In this document: piece by piece, positions 18,551 through 28,469 of the stretch
How the letters are laid out: each line of letters starts with the position of its first letter
Numbering within the stretch: position 1 is the stretch's first letter
Program-made: the position numbers and the translations under genes
Assembly: GCF_008000775.2 (NCBI RefSeq)
Contig: NZ_CP042905.2
Coordinates: 4,170,001-4,202,000, forward strand
DNA from: Promethearchaeum syntrophicum
GTDB lineage: Archaea > Asgardarchaeota > Lokiarchaeia > Sigyniarchaeales > Promethearchaeaceae
Direction: 5' to 3'
DNA length: 32,000 nt
Notes under the pieces: generated by a model
The model's database searches: none
The model's input: only the letters and a program-made list of their open reading frames with translations
Told to the model about the DNA's origin: nothing

Positions 18551-19153
18551 TTAACTTATTTTGAATACCCAATCTTCAGTTGAATGGGTTTTTTGTAGCT
18601 CGATTTGCATTCCTATAAATGATTTCTTGAGTTTTGTTATTAAGAGTTCCATAGATTTTTTTTTTTTCAGATAGCTAATTGCGATAATTGCACTATCTTT
18701 CTTTACCCTATTAATTTCTTCTAATCCAAGATCAAGATTGGGTAAATTTTGAAGACTTGTAAATGCATAAATATATTTAAAATGGTTTGAACGAAAGGGA
18801 AGATGCTCTCCATCACAACAAACAAATAGAACATCCTTAATATGCGGTTTTGGGAGATTTTTAGTAAAATTTAATTTATCTTTAAATATATTTAGCATCC
18901 CTATTGATATATCAATACATATTAACCGGGTTTTTTGACTTTGTTCCTTATTTTGAATTTTTGAATTAAAGAAATCCCATAATAAACCAGTTCCACACCC
19001 ATAATCCAATAGCATTATTGGATCTTTATCTAAAGGTTGCCAAAAAGGCTCAAACTTCTCAAATTGAATCGCCTTATATCTTCTATCATAAATTTCATTA
19101 TAGCTTTCCGAATTGTAACTCTCAATAATTTTTTTCTTCTTTTTTTCATTCAT
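18551..19153 (-). CDS. SAM-dependent methyltransferase (type 11-like)
   Basis: LLDYGCGTGLLWDFF motif I; VLFVCCDGEHLPFRSNHFKYIYAF. Confidence 0.88.
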   Translation of the reverse strand: MNEKKKKKIIESYNSESYNEIYDRRYKAIQFEKFEPFWQPLDKDPIMLLDYGCGTGLLWDFFNSKIQNKEQSQKTRLICIDISIGMLNIFKDKLNFTKNLPKPHIKDVLFVCCDGEHLPFRSNHFKYIYAFTSLQNLPNLDLGLEEINRVKKDSAIIAISYLKKKKSMELLITKLKKSFIGMQIELQKTHSTEDWVFKIS

Positions 19154-19249
19154 ATTTACAACCCAAAAACCCGAACCTAAATCATGCGTCTTGAAATTTT
19201 TTTTAAGGATGGATACATTATTTAAATGAAGTAAATAAAAAAACCCTTC

Positions 19250-19504
19250 GTGGAGAATAAAATCATGGCTTATAATAATTCTAGAAACCCACTGCGATCA
19301 CTTCAAAAGAGACTTAATGATAGCATCATAATCAGATTAAAAGACGGCACAGAATATAAAGGCAAACTTAAGGAATATGACAATTTTATGAATGTTATTC
19401 TAACAGATGCTTCAGAATTTATAAATAAAGAAGAAACTGGCAAATTTGAAGAAATTTTTGTTCGTGGAAATAATGTTTTATTTATTATTCCTGATGCAGA
19501 ATAA
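19250..19504 (+). CDS. Sm-like archaeal protein (LSm)
   Basis: RNPLRSLQKRLNDSIIIRLKDGTEYKGKLKEYDNFMNVILTDA (Sm1) ... EIFVRGNNVLFI (Sm2 RGNxV). Confidence 0.95.
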   Translation: MENKIMAYNNSRNPLRSLQKRLNDSIIIRLKDGTEYKGKLKEYDNFMNVILTDASEFINKEETGKFEEIFVRGNNVLFIIPDAE

Positions 19505-19517
19505 TTCTTACGTTAAA

Positions 19518-19931
19518 ATGCCCAAAAAATTTTCTTATCCCATAACTTTTCTACATTGTCGCGATTTGCAAGAAATTCGATCTTTTTATGAAGATATATT
19601 ACATCTCCAAGTGGCTTTAGAACAGGATAAATGTATTATCTATCGAATTGGAGAAAAATCTCAAAATGCCTACTGGGGATTTTGCGATCTTTATAGTGAA
19701 TTTTTAGAACATCCTGAAATGGTTTGTTTAACTCTTGTTGTTGACACGCGAGAAGAAGTAGATGCTTGGCATAGTGAACTGGTATCAAAAAAAGTTATAT
19801 GTATAAAACCTCCAGGTGCACTAAAACAATTTGGAATATATAATGCTTTTTATAGAGATCCTATGAACCATACAATAGAAATTCAAGTTTTTGATGAAGA
19901 TTCTAAAATAAAATTGTATTCAATTCCTTGA
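19518..19931 (+). CDS. Glyoxalase/bleomycin-resistance/dioxygenase (VOC) fold protein
   Basis: ITFLHCRDLQEIRSFYEDILHLQVALEQDKCIIYRIGEK...IYNAFYRDPMNHTIEIQVF. ATG 19518 fits the domain start better than the track start at 19446, which overlaps the LSm gene. Confidence 0.88.
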   Translation: MPKKFSYPITFLHCRDLQEIRSFYEDILHLQVALEQDKCIIYRIGEKSQNAYWGFCDLYSEFLEHPEMVCLTLVVDTREEVDAWHSELVSKKVICIKPPGALKQFGIYNAFYRDPMNHTIEIQVFDEDSKIKLYSIP

Positions 19932-20815
19932 TAATCTGCTCAATTCTAATATTCCCCAAGTAATAATGGGTGATATTTAACTTGATGATTTCAAATTAAA
20001 CTCATGTGATTTAATTATCTATATAGTCAAGTATTTTATTTCGTCTTCACAGATAAAAAATTTCTAATATCTTTACCAAAAGTAAGTCAGATTTTAATAA
20101 CTCGTGATTCCCAAGATGCAATAAAAAATATAAATATCATTCGGCTGTTATTCTGATAACAGATTGTGGAAGCAATAGATAATTTTTAGGACAATAAGCA
20201 ACCAATTGCCGATTTCCTTGATTATATCAAATGAAACGCCTTACAATTCCGTTTGAAGATGAATTGGAATTGATGAAATAGATGTTTTTTAATCACAACA
20301 TATAGGAAAAAAAAGAAATATTATTATGTGATATTTTTCAGTGATTTCAAGTTTAAAATGAAAAAATAATTGATTCTACTTGAATTCATCTAAATTAACT
20401 TTCATTTAAAATTTAAAACAAAATTCTCCATAATTCAGAATTTAGATCATAAATCAATATTTTTGGTTAAGAATTTATATTTTCTAAGACAAATCTTGTA
20501 GAAAACCAATTTTTAATAATTAAAATCGAAATACCATTACATATGAATTTTGCTTCGAGAAACTATATTGTATGTGTTTGTACTACAATTTGAATATATT
20601 TTGGTTGATTTTGTATAGACAATTATTTGATTAAACAAATTATTTATTAAAAATTTAGCATAATGTTATGAACCACATACTTTGTCATATTTTGCAAGAG
20701 AATTTTCCTAATTTTTATTGAGGGTACCTTTAATTGTATGAGTTTCCTTTAATAAATTGTAAAATTATTAAAATATTAAAAAAAATTTGATAATAAAATT
20801 AAAAAAAACGAGGGA

Positions 20816-21145
20816 ATGAAAAACAAAATGGAATCCGTTCAAGATTATTCTTCAATTAAACAAGACAAAGTAAGTCTTCTTCTAGGGCCTGATTTAGTAA
20901 AGGTAGCGAAAGCTTTATCAAGTCCAACCCGCCAAAAGATCCTGAGATTTCTATCTGAGGGTCCATTAGATATATCAGCCATTGCTAAGAAACTAAATCA
21001 AACTGAAGCAAATAGTTCAGCACAATTAGCGATTTTGCAGAAATCAGGATTAGTAATTAGCCGATATGAACCTGGTAATCATGGAGTACGAAAAATTTGT
21101 GAATTAAGATATAATGCTATTGACATAGATTTAATAAACGCTTAA
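20816..21145 (+). CDS. ArsR-like winged-helix transcriptional regulator
   Basis: VAKALSSPTRQKILRFLSEGPLDISAIAKKLNQTEANSSAQLAILQKSGLVISRYEPGNHGVRKICEL. Confidence 0.9.
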   Translation: MKNKMESVQDYSSIKQDKVSLLLGPDLVKVAKALSSPTRQKILRFLSEGPLDISAIAKKLNQTEANSSAQLAILQKSGLVISRYEPGNHGVRKICELRYNAIDIDLINA

Positions 21146-21514
21146 TTTTTTTTATCTTTTTTAGTTAATCATCCGAATTTTTAATCAATTACATTCTTTC
21201 TTTTAGAATTTAAATTATATCTTATTCTTATTTATTTTACTCTAACATTTTTAATGTTGAAATATTAAAAAGATTAAATCTCTCATAAATTTTAATTTTT
21301 TATTGTTTATCTATCATATTTTCTTTGTTTATTCATTTATTATTAATTTCTTTAAAATGAATATTTTTTTTGGAATTATTCCAATATTTTTATTTGCACA
21401 TTAATATTTCTTTTTTCTAATTGAACATACAATGTAATAATTTATATACATTCCTAACAAGCTATTTAAATGAAAACTATAATTCTTGAAAATTCAGTAG
21501 TAGAGGTAATTTAA

Positions 21515-22315
21515 ATGAATATAAATAAAGAAGTTGATTTAAAAAAGAAAATACCAGAAAAACGGCCACCAATATTTACATTACGGCTAAATGAAGAGTT
21601 AATTGAGAAGATAGATAAATTAAGTGGGGAAATGGGTGTGTCAAAATCTAAATTTGCAAAGAGTTACATTCAATTAAGTGAATATTTTCTCGTAGAACCC
21701 AATTTAAATTTAACCACCTTCGCTAAAATGGATCTTTCAATTTTTCCTACTGAGATTTTAAAAGATTTACTCCAATTGCTCCAATTACTCCCTGAAAAAA
21801 ATCAAATAGCGATTGGAGATAAATTAGGTACAATAATCAATAATAATTTTCAAACCGCGGGTCTTCAAAATCTTGATGAGAAAAGAGAATTAATTCAAGG
21901 TTTTAATTGGATCAAATTTACTCCTGTCCATCTTATTGATGAAGAAAAAGTGTCAAAAACTAAAGAGACTCAGAAAATTGAAAGGCAGTTTTGGGGAATT
22001 CCCAAAGATATGTGGCCTATTTCAGTTATCCATGCAATGTTATATAGATTAATTTATAATAAAAAATTCAATTCAATTTGGGAAGCAAGTTTATACAAAA
22101 AATATTTAGAATTGACTCCGGAAAGGAAGAAGAATTTTAAGAAAAACCCAAAAATTTACAAAGATCTTAATAAAGTGAAGGATTTTCTATATGAATTTGA
22201 AGGGGAAATTGGGAGTAGAAAAGAAAATTTCGAAGCAGAACATATTTATTATTATTTTGATGTGTTAAGAATCGAAGAGGAAAAGAACGAGGAAATTATA
22301 GAGGAAAAGAAATAG
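21515..22315 (+). CDS. Ribbon-helix-helix N-terminal domain protein with unknown C-terminal domain
   Basis: PIFTLRLNEELIEKIDKLSGEMGVSKSKFAKSYIQL resembles an RHH/CopG motif; about 220 aa of uncharacterised remainder. Confidence 0.75.
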   Translation: MNINKEVDLKKKIPEKRPPIFTLRLNEELIEKIDKLSGEMGVSKSKFAKSYIQLSEYFLVEPNLNLTTFAKMDLSIFPTEILKDLLQLLQLLPEKNQIAIGDKLGTIINNNFQTAGLQNLDEKRELIQGFNWIKFTPVHLIDEEKVSKTKETQKIERQFWGIPKDMWPISVIHAMLYRLIYNKKFNSIWEASLYKKYLELTPERKKNFKKNPKIYKDLNKVKDFLYEFEGEIGSRKENFEAEHIYYYFDVLRIEEEKNEEIIEEKK

Positions 22316-22350
22316 ATATATTGCAATGAAATTCATAGGTGAGGATATTT

Positions 22351-23364
22351 ATGAGTAAGAAGATAACTATTGCAGCTGCCATAGGTCTTACGGGAATTTT
22401 GATAATCTCAGGAGTTATATTTATTCCCAAAATATTCAAAAACCAAAATAATTTTCAAGAAATAGAATTTACAAGCAACGAAATAATTGAACTAATAGAA
22501 TCAGATTTTTATTTCCTAAATTTAACGGTGGATTATGGCTTTGATAAGTATATAAATAATCCGGAAGCATCACAAAAACTTCAATCTCAAGTAGAAATTC
22601 AATATGGGTGTACATGTATCTCCATTCTGGATCCAATGAAAAATTCCCTATTCGGGAGAAATTTCGATTGGTATGATGGAGGAAAGTTGATCCTTGTCAC
22701 ACAACCTGAAAATGGGTACAAATCAATTTCTATGGTTGATTTATATTCTTTAGAACATTACAGTGGCATTTCCATTGATGAAATGTCGTCTTCGGAATTT
22801 TGGCAATTAGCGTTCTCTCCATTTGACGGTATGAATGAATGGGGGGTTGCCGTTGGTTGTCTAGTATCCCCCGGTATGATTATTTCTGATGATTCAGCAA
22901 AACAGAATTTAGGTTCACTGGAGTTTATGCGATTGGCATTAGATTATGCAAAAAATGTTTCCGAGGTAATAGATCTCTGGAAAAACTACGATATGGATTA
23001 TGGAATGGGTCCCGATGTTCATTATATGGTAGCTGATGCTCAAGGAAACTCAGTAGTATTGGAATGGATTAATGGAGAAATGGAGGTTATTGCCAATACA
23101 CAACCGTGGCAAGTGGTAACCAACTTCAGGATATATAATGCTACAGAACAAGACCAGTTAAATTGTTGGCGTTTTTCAGAGGTTAATGAGACATTAAATG
23201 TTGTTGGGAATTCGATGAATAGCTCCCAACTCTTGAATTTGCTTGCCGATGTATCGCAAGTGGGGTTTACCAAATGGTCAAATGTGTATGATTTAATTAA
23301 TCAAAAAGTGTATATAACCATTGATCGAAACTACAATGAGGAGCCGTATATTTTTACTTTGTAA
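22351..23364 (+). CDS. Secreted/anchored Ntn-type linear amide C-N hydrolase (choloylglycine hydrolase / acyl-CoA:6-APA acyltransferase-like)
   Basis: N-terminal hydrophobic segment, then YGCTCISILDPMKNSLFGRNFDWYDG and ...VVLEWINGEMEVI. ATG 22351 with gaggat upstream is preferred over GTG 22339. Confidence 0.85.
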   Translation: MSKKITIAAAIGLTGILIISGVIFIPKIFKNQNNFQEIEFTSNEIIELIESDFYFLNLTVDYGFDKYINNPEASQKLQSQVEIQYGCTCISILDPMKNSLFGRNFDWYDGGKLILVTQPENGYKSISMVDLYSLEHYSGISIDEMSSSEFWQLAFSPFDGMNEWGVAVGCLVSPGMIISDDSAKQNLGSLEFMRLALDYAKNVSEVIDLWKNYDMDYGMGPDVHYMVADAQGNSVVLEWINGEMEVIANTQPWQVVTNFRIYNATEQDQLNCWRFSEVNETLNVVGNSMNSSQLLNLLADVSQVGFTKWSNVYDLINQKVYITIDRNYNEEPYIFTL

Positions 23365-23392
23365 TTTTAGTGAAAATCAATCAAAATCTCTT

Positions 23393-24226
23393 TCATTTAC
23401 ATATTACAGAATCACTTTTAAAAGCAATAAATAGCCCTATTTTTCCTGTAACATGAAATTTCCCTTGTTCTTGGAAAATTTCAGCTAATTTTGAAACGAT
23501 TTGCGGTCGTATCTCTGGATATTTAGGATATTTTTCAAGTGGAAACATCGAATCAATATAAGGTAATAAAACAACGGAATCTTTTAGCACAATATTGTTA
23601 TTATATTCAAAATACTCAACAAGAGGAAAAACGGGGGTGAGAAATCCTGGGGCATCCTCACAATGATATGGACTAAAATATTTGGTTTTAAGAGTCACAT
23701 CTAAATCAAATTGTAGGAGAAGATCTCGTATCTCTTGAATATGGGAAACACTTGTTGTTGTTGAAATGAATCTTCCATGGGGTTTTAAAACTCGTTGAAT
23801 TTCTGAGAGAGATTTAGGTATATTTGGCACATGATATAACATATGACACCCCACTACCAAATCCATAGAATTATCAGGAATTACAAGATTTTGTGCATCC
23901 ATTTGATATATTTCTGCAGAAATCCCAACTTTATCAACATTTTTCTGAGTTTCAGATACCATACCTAAAGAAAAATCTGTAAGTGTTAATGCTATTGAGT
24001 TGGGTAGAAAATCCTTATTTTCACACCACATCATTCCTTTCCCACATCCAAGTTCAAGGACATGTTCTCCTTCTTGGAGATTTAGATGGTGAAAAATCCA
24101 AGTTCCTAGTTGAACTTTATTATCCCCTAGAGTCCATAAATTTTGGCGTTTTTCCAGATTAGTAGAAGAACTATATTGAAGTTTTGCATATTTAGAAATT
24201 TCTTCGTTTTTATCCATAAGAATCAC
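23393..24226 (-). CDS. SAM-dependent methyltransferase (type 11/25-like)
   Basis: GEHVLELGCGKGMMWCE motif I; DAQNLVIPDNSMDLVVGCHMLYHVPNIPKSLSEIQRVLKPHGRFI. Confidence 0.93.
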   Translation of the reverse strand: MILMDKNEEISKYAKLQYSSSTNLEKRQNLWTLGDNKVQLGTWIFHHLNLQEGEHVLELGCGKGMMWCENKDFLPNSIALTLTDFSLGMVSETQKNVDKVGISAEIYQMDAQNLVIPDNSMDLVVGCHMLYHVPNIPKSLSEIQRVLKPHGRFISTTTSVSHIQEIRDLLLQFDLDVTLKTKYFSPYHCEDAPGFLTPVFPLVEYFEYNNNIVLKDSVVLLPYIDSMFPLEKYPKYPEIRPQIVSKLAEIFQEQGKFHVTGKIGLFIAFKSDSVICK

Positions 24227-24305
24227 AATATATAATTAAATAAAAATTGAAATTAATGTATAAAAGGCGCGTTGGTACCTTAGCATATTGAAATAACATA
24301 GAAAC

Positions 24306-25829
24306 TTAGAGATGATATCTTTCTTTCAGCATCTTAGATATACAAATAATTCCTATAATGGTGAAAACGAAATATATTCCAAGATTATAGCCACTGATTT
24401 TTTTTGTAGAATCTGTACCAGAAGGAATAAGATCTTGGGGATCGCTTCCATAAACAACAACCCACCAATCGCGATTTCCATCGACATCCCCATCATCTTG
24501 TGGTTTTGGGCAACTCGCTCGACTTAAATTACCAGATGAGAGAATTAATATCTCATCATCGATAATAATGTATTTACAATGTTGAAAATAAAAATCTGTA
24601 TCAGCCCACTTCCCGACTGCGGTTAAATTGACGTTAGGATTTGCTACTGATGGAATTCCTAATTGAGTAAAATTATAGAGCGCCCCTCGATTATACGAAC
24701 GTTCATATGGACCAACTTGATATTTTTCAAGAAGCAATTTTACATCTATACCATGCGCAATTCGATCGGCAATGATATCTAAAAGATATGGTTGAGAAAG
24801 GGTATATACAGAAATAATTATGGTTGATTGAGCGATTGAAAGCAAATTGGCTACGACATCAAAACAATTATCAGGAGAGGCCATAACTGTTAAAGCCATT
24901 TCTCCAGAAATTGTTTCTGGATTACTAAAATCATTGCTTTTTTTAGGGAATTGTTTTGAATCTTCAGTTTTCGTTAACATTTGAGAAAATGAAGGATCTT
25001 TATCTTCGATTGAACCAAAAGAATTATCAGGATCATAATCTAAGCACACATCCCAGTCATGATCAAAGAGTTCTTCATAATACGCTGCTACTTCCGCATT
25101 TTCAATAATTAAACCTGCTTCTCGATTGTCTCTTAGGGACGTTGGGCTCCAATTTATGGAAGAAATTAAGACAATTTCGGAATCTACTATTATACCTTTA
25201 TTGTGCATAGTGTCAAAATAGACAGGGACTAAACTATTGGAGACTTTTACTTCAATCAGCTCTTCAGTAAGCATGTTTGCGGTTGCATCTGATTCATCAT
25301 TTGAATCGTCAAGGATTACCTGGCAATCTACACCACGATGTTCGGCATCAATTATTGCGTTGATAATATCGGTTAAGGCAGAATAAAAATACATTTGTTC
25401 TATCTTAAGAGTGGTGGTTGCTCGATTAATCAATTTGATGATTTCTGCTTCGGAATTGTCTGGAGATAAAATCGGAGTAATATCCATGGTTCCATAGATT
25501 TCTTTTTTTAAAAAAGGTTCATAACCACTACCAGCGCGATCATAGCTCTGAGTTCGGCGAGTTTCATCATCAACGGGAATATAAACTTCTCCAAGATCCC
25601 AATCATTTTGAAATAATTGTCGAAAATAATCAATAACATCTTGACTAGCATTTGTTTCTGATGATTCTGATTTAATCGGGGTTTTTTGAGCCTTAAGTAT
25701 CTCTGATGTTAGCACATTATTTACTGAAGGAGAAATTCTTAAAAATTTTGAATTAATTGGGAATGTTTGTAAAAGTAATAAAGCAAAAAGAAGCAAGATT
25801 ATTTTTTTTCGGGGTATTTTTTTTACCAT
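24306..25829 (-). CDS. Extracytoplasmic phospholipase D-like protein with two HKD motifs, signal peptide and C-terminal TM anchor
   Basis: Signal-like KKIILLLFALLLLQTFP; HKD-like motifs HNKGIIVDSEIVLISSINWS and HCKYIIIDDEILILSSGNLS; C-terminal YNLGIYFVFTIIGIICISKMLKERYHL. Confidence 0.92.
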   Translation of the reverse strand: MVKKIPRKKIILLLFALLLLQTFPINSKFLRISPSVNNVLTSEILKAQKTPIKSESSETNASQDVIDYFRQLFQNDWDLGEVYIPVDDETRRTQSYDRAGSGYEPFLKKEIYGTMDITPILSPDNSEAEIIKLINRATTTLKIEQMYFYSALTDIINAIIDAEHRGVDCQVILDDSNDESDATANMLTEELIEVKVSNSLVPVYFDTMHNKGIIVDSEIVLISSINWSPTSLRDNREAGLIIENAEVAAYYEELFDHDWDVCLDYDPDNSFGSIEDKDPSFSQMLTKTEDSKQFPKKSNDFSNPETISGEMALTVMASPDNCFDVVANLLSIAQSTIIISVYTLSQPYLLDIIADRIAHGIDVKLLLEKYQVGPYERSYNRGALYNFTQLGIPSVANPNVNLTAVGKWADTDFYFQHCKYIIIDDEILILSSGNLSRASCPKPQDDGDVDGNRDWWVVVYGSDPQDLIPSGTDSTKKISGYNLGIYFVFTIIGIICISKMLKERYHL

Positions 25830-26021
25830 ATTAAACCATCTTTAAAAATTTAGATTATATCGTTGAAATCGCATAAAGAATTTATAAATATAGGCACTGT
25901 TTGTTGTTAGCTAAAGAATATTTTGTCGTTTAAGGAAAGTGTTTTTTTTTGACATAAAATTTTTATTTCCGTTCACAGATATTTTGGTCACTAATATTCA
26001 TTTTATATTAGGTGATATATT

Positions 26022-26729
26022 ATGATTACAGGTAAAGAATTTGAATTTGAGATTATTGATCGCCCTACATTTTCTTATTTGAAGATACTATTAAAACAAG
26101 GTCAGAGAATAAAAACGGAAAGAGGGGCTATGATGTTTTTTGAGCCTACAATTACTATCGAAACGAAAAAAGCGGAAAAAAGTATTTTTAAATCGTTAAA
26201 ACGCACATTAGCGGGAGAAACGATGTTACTAAATTTCTTCACAGCCGTTAACAATGGATGGTTAAGTTTGGCACCTCCTTTCGCAGGAGATCTTATGCAT
26301 TTACCAATGGAAACAGGATCTTCGTGGATTGTATTTTCTGGAGGGTATGTTGCGAGTTCAGAGGGTTTAGCCCAATCAACCGGATTTACAGGAATAAAAA
26401 AAAGCTTCTTTAGTGGCGAACGAGCATTTGCACTAACAATTAGTGCAGAAGAAGGTCCCGGAGATCTTTTTATAGGAGCAAATGGTGCTTTTATTGAATG
26501 GCACCTTGAACCAGGGCAGATCCTTAACTGCGATAACGGCCATCTTGTTGCTATGGAAAGTTCAGTTACTTTTGACATCAAACGAGTGGGAGGGTGGAAA
26601 GCGACTATGTTATCTGGAGAAGGTGTCGTATGCCAATTAACGGGTCCAGGAAGAGTGATTATCCAAAGCAGAAATCCGAGAGAATACGCAATGTGGTTAT
26701 ATAAATTCATGCCACACCCAAGTAATTAA
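26022..26729 (+). CDS. AIM24 / TIGR00266 family protein
   Basis: FEIIDRPTFSYLKILLKQGQRIKTERGAMMFF...LAPPFAGDLMHLPMETGSSWIVFSGGYVASSEG...FFSGERAFALTISAEEGPGDLFIGANGAFIEW. Confidence 0.9.
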   Translation: MITGKEFEFEIIDRPTFSYLKILLKQGQRIKTERGAMMFFEPTITIETKKAEKSIFKSLKRTLAGETMLLNFFTAVNNGWLSLAPPFAGDLMHLPMETGSSWIVFSGGYVASSEGLAQSTGFTGIKKSFFSGERAFALTISAEEGPGDLFIGANGAFIEWHLEPGQILNCDNGHLVAMESSVTFDIKRVGGWKATMLSGEGVVCQLTGPGRVIIQSRNPREYAMWLYKFMPHPSN

Positions 26730-26808
26730 ACGAGATGAACTATTCTCCAATTTTTTTTTCTTTTTTATTATAAAAAATAACCTTTATCTTTATCTACACT
26801 TAAAACAA

Positions 26809-27624
26809 ATGAACGTATTGATAAAAATGGAAGAGAAAAATGAAGTTACTATTAATCATGAAAATTCATTTTCGATTATTGTAACCAATTTGAAGAAATA
26901 TTACTTCGGTAAACACGAATTTGAGAGTGTTAAAGCGGTTGATGCAATATCATTTCAAGTAAAAAAGGGGGAATTTTTCGGACTTTTGGGACCTAATGGA
27001 GCAGGAAAAACAACTACTATCAGTGTTTTAACTGGTATTTCTTCTCCAACCGAAGGTACAGCATCTGTTGGGGGGTATGACATAAAATCTGAGCTCAAAA
27101 AGATTAAAGAATTGATTGGTGTCTGTCCACAGGAACCTGCTTTATATAAATTTCTGAACGGTCTTGAGAATATTGAATTTTTCGGGAAATTGCACCAAAT
27201 GCCGAAAGAAGAAATACAGAATCGCGCAGAAGAACTCTTAAAATTACTGGGATTATTTGAAGCCCGGAAACGAATTGTAAAAGGATATAGTGGAGGAATG
27301 TTACGGCAACTAAGCTTAATCGTTGCATTGATAAATGAACCTGAGATCCTTTTCTTAGACGAACCAACTGTGGGAATGGATCCTCGAGCACGTCGGAAAG
27401 TATGGGAATTTCTCGGTACTGTCAAACAACAAAAAAGAACCATCATTTTGACTACCCATTATATTGAAGAAGCCGAAGTTCTTTGCGATAGAGTGGCGAT
27501 CATGGATTATGGAAAAATATTAGCCATAGGTCCGCCAAAACAACTTATTGAAGAGTATGGAGTCAAAAATTTAGAAGAGGTTTTTATGAAAATTACTGGT
27601 AGACATATTTTGGAGGGGATATAA
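26809..27624 (+). CDS. ABC-2 type transporter ATP-binding protein
   Basis: Walker A GPNGAGKTTT; signature YSGGMLRQ; Walker B EILFLDEPTVGMD; H-loop LTTHY. Confidence 0.97.
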   Translation: MNVLIKMEEKNEVTINHENSFSIIVTNLKKYYFGKHEFESVKAVDAISFQVKKGEFFGLLGPNGAGKTTTISVLTGISSPTEGTASVGGYDIKSELKKIKELIGVCPQEPALYKFLNGLENIEFFGKLHQMPKEEIQNRAEELLKLLGLFEARKRIVKGYSGGMLRQLSLIVALINEPEILFLDEPTVGMDPRARRKVWEFLGTVKQQKRTIILTTHYIEEAEVLCDRVAIMDYGKILAIGPPKQLIEEYGVKNLEEVFMKITGRHILEGI

Positions 27625-27626
27625 TC

Positions 27627-28382
27627 ATGAACACAAAGAGAATTATGGCTATTGTTAAGATGGAGATGAAAAGAATGATTAGGGATCCACTTGTTTTTGT
27701 GATTACTCTATTTTTAGTTCCAGTATTAATATTACTTTTCGGTCTACTTATGGGGGATAGTTATGGATGGCATCCATATTACACGGTTTTCGAAATTATG
27801 CTCCCAGGATTTCTCACCTATGCTTGTTTATTAACTATTTACGATGTTGCAGCATCAGTGGCTAGTGAACGGGAGTTAGGATTACAAAAAAGAATCAATA
27901 CAACTCCCTTAACCTCCGCAGAATATATATTTAGCCAAATGATATCTTACACAATTAAACCACTTATTCAATTATTGTTGGGATTAGGTACAGCATATAT
28001 TGTTGGATTTCGACCATTAAACACGTTTGTCGGATTATTATTGATAATATTATTTCTAGTAGTTCTCACTTTTTGTTGTGTAGGATTTGGACTGATAACG
28101 GCGAACTTTGCAAAAAGTGGTTCGGCTGCAGGCGGATTAGCTTTTATTTTTATCGTACCCCAACAGATATTTGCCACATTTATCCCCCCTTGGATTTATG
28201 GATTAGAGAATTTAGGTTGGATTTTTCCAAGCTTTTATGCTACTGATAGTATAGGACTGATTTTTGCTGGAATCCCATTGAGTGATGCAAGATTATGGAT
28301 CCGATTAGGAATACTTCTCGCTATTACTGTTGTAATATATGCGATTGGAATTGTGTTATATGAAAAAAAAAAAAAATCATGA
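27627..28382 (+). CDS. ABC-2 type transporter permease
   Basis: 251 aa, six hydrophobic segments, 2 bp after the ATPase stop; KRMIRDPLVFVITLFLVPVLILLFG. Confidence 0.93.
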   Translation: MNTKRIMAIVKMEMKRMIRDPLVFVITLFLVPVLILLFGLLMGDSYGWHPYYTVFEIMLPGFLTYACLLTIYDVAASVASERELGLQKRINTTPLTSAEYIFSQMISYTIKPLIQLLLGLGTAYIVGFRPLNTFVGLLLIILFLVVLTFCCVGFGLITANFAKSGSAAGGLAFIFIVPQQIFATFIPPWIYGLENLGWIFPSFYATDSIGLIFAGIPLSDARLWIRLGILLAITVVIYAIGIVLYEKKKKS

Positions 28383-28469
28383 ATTGAAATTTTTTTTTAT
28401 TTATTTTTTTAGCGAAAATTGACTATTAATTATAAAAAAATAATACTTCGAATTAGGAATGATCGATGA

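Noticed and set aside
20165-20280. Possible degraded transposase/integrase fragment
   Set aside because: Only short stop-interrupted peptides are visible, with no terminal inverted repeats or target-site duplication; unsupported without a search.
26102-26710. 202-aa minus-strand ORF
   Set aside because: Fully antisense to the AIM24-family gene, which matches a known family; the shadow ORF has no recognisable motif.
26955-28177. Minus-strand ORFs 26955..27446, 27104..27391 and 27968..28177
   Set aside because: Antisense to the ABC transporter ATPase and permease genes.
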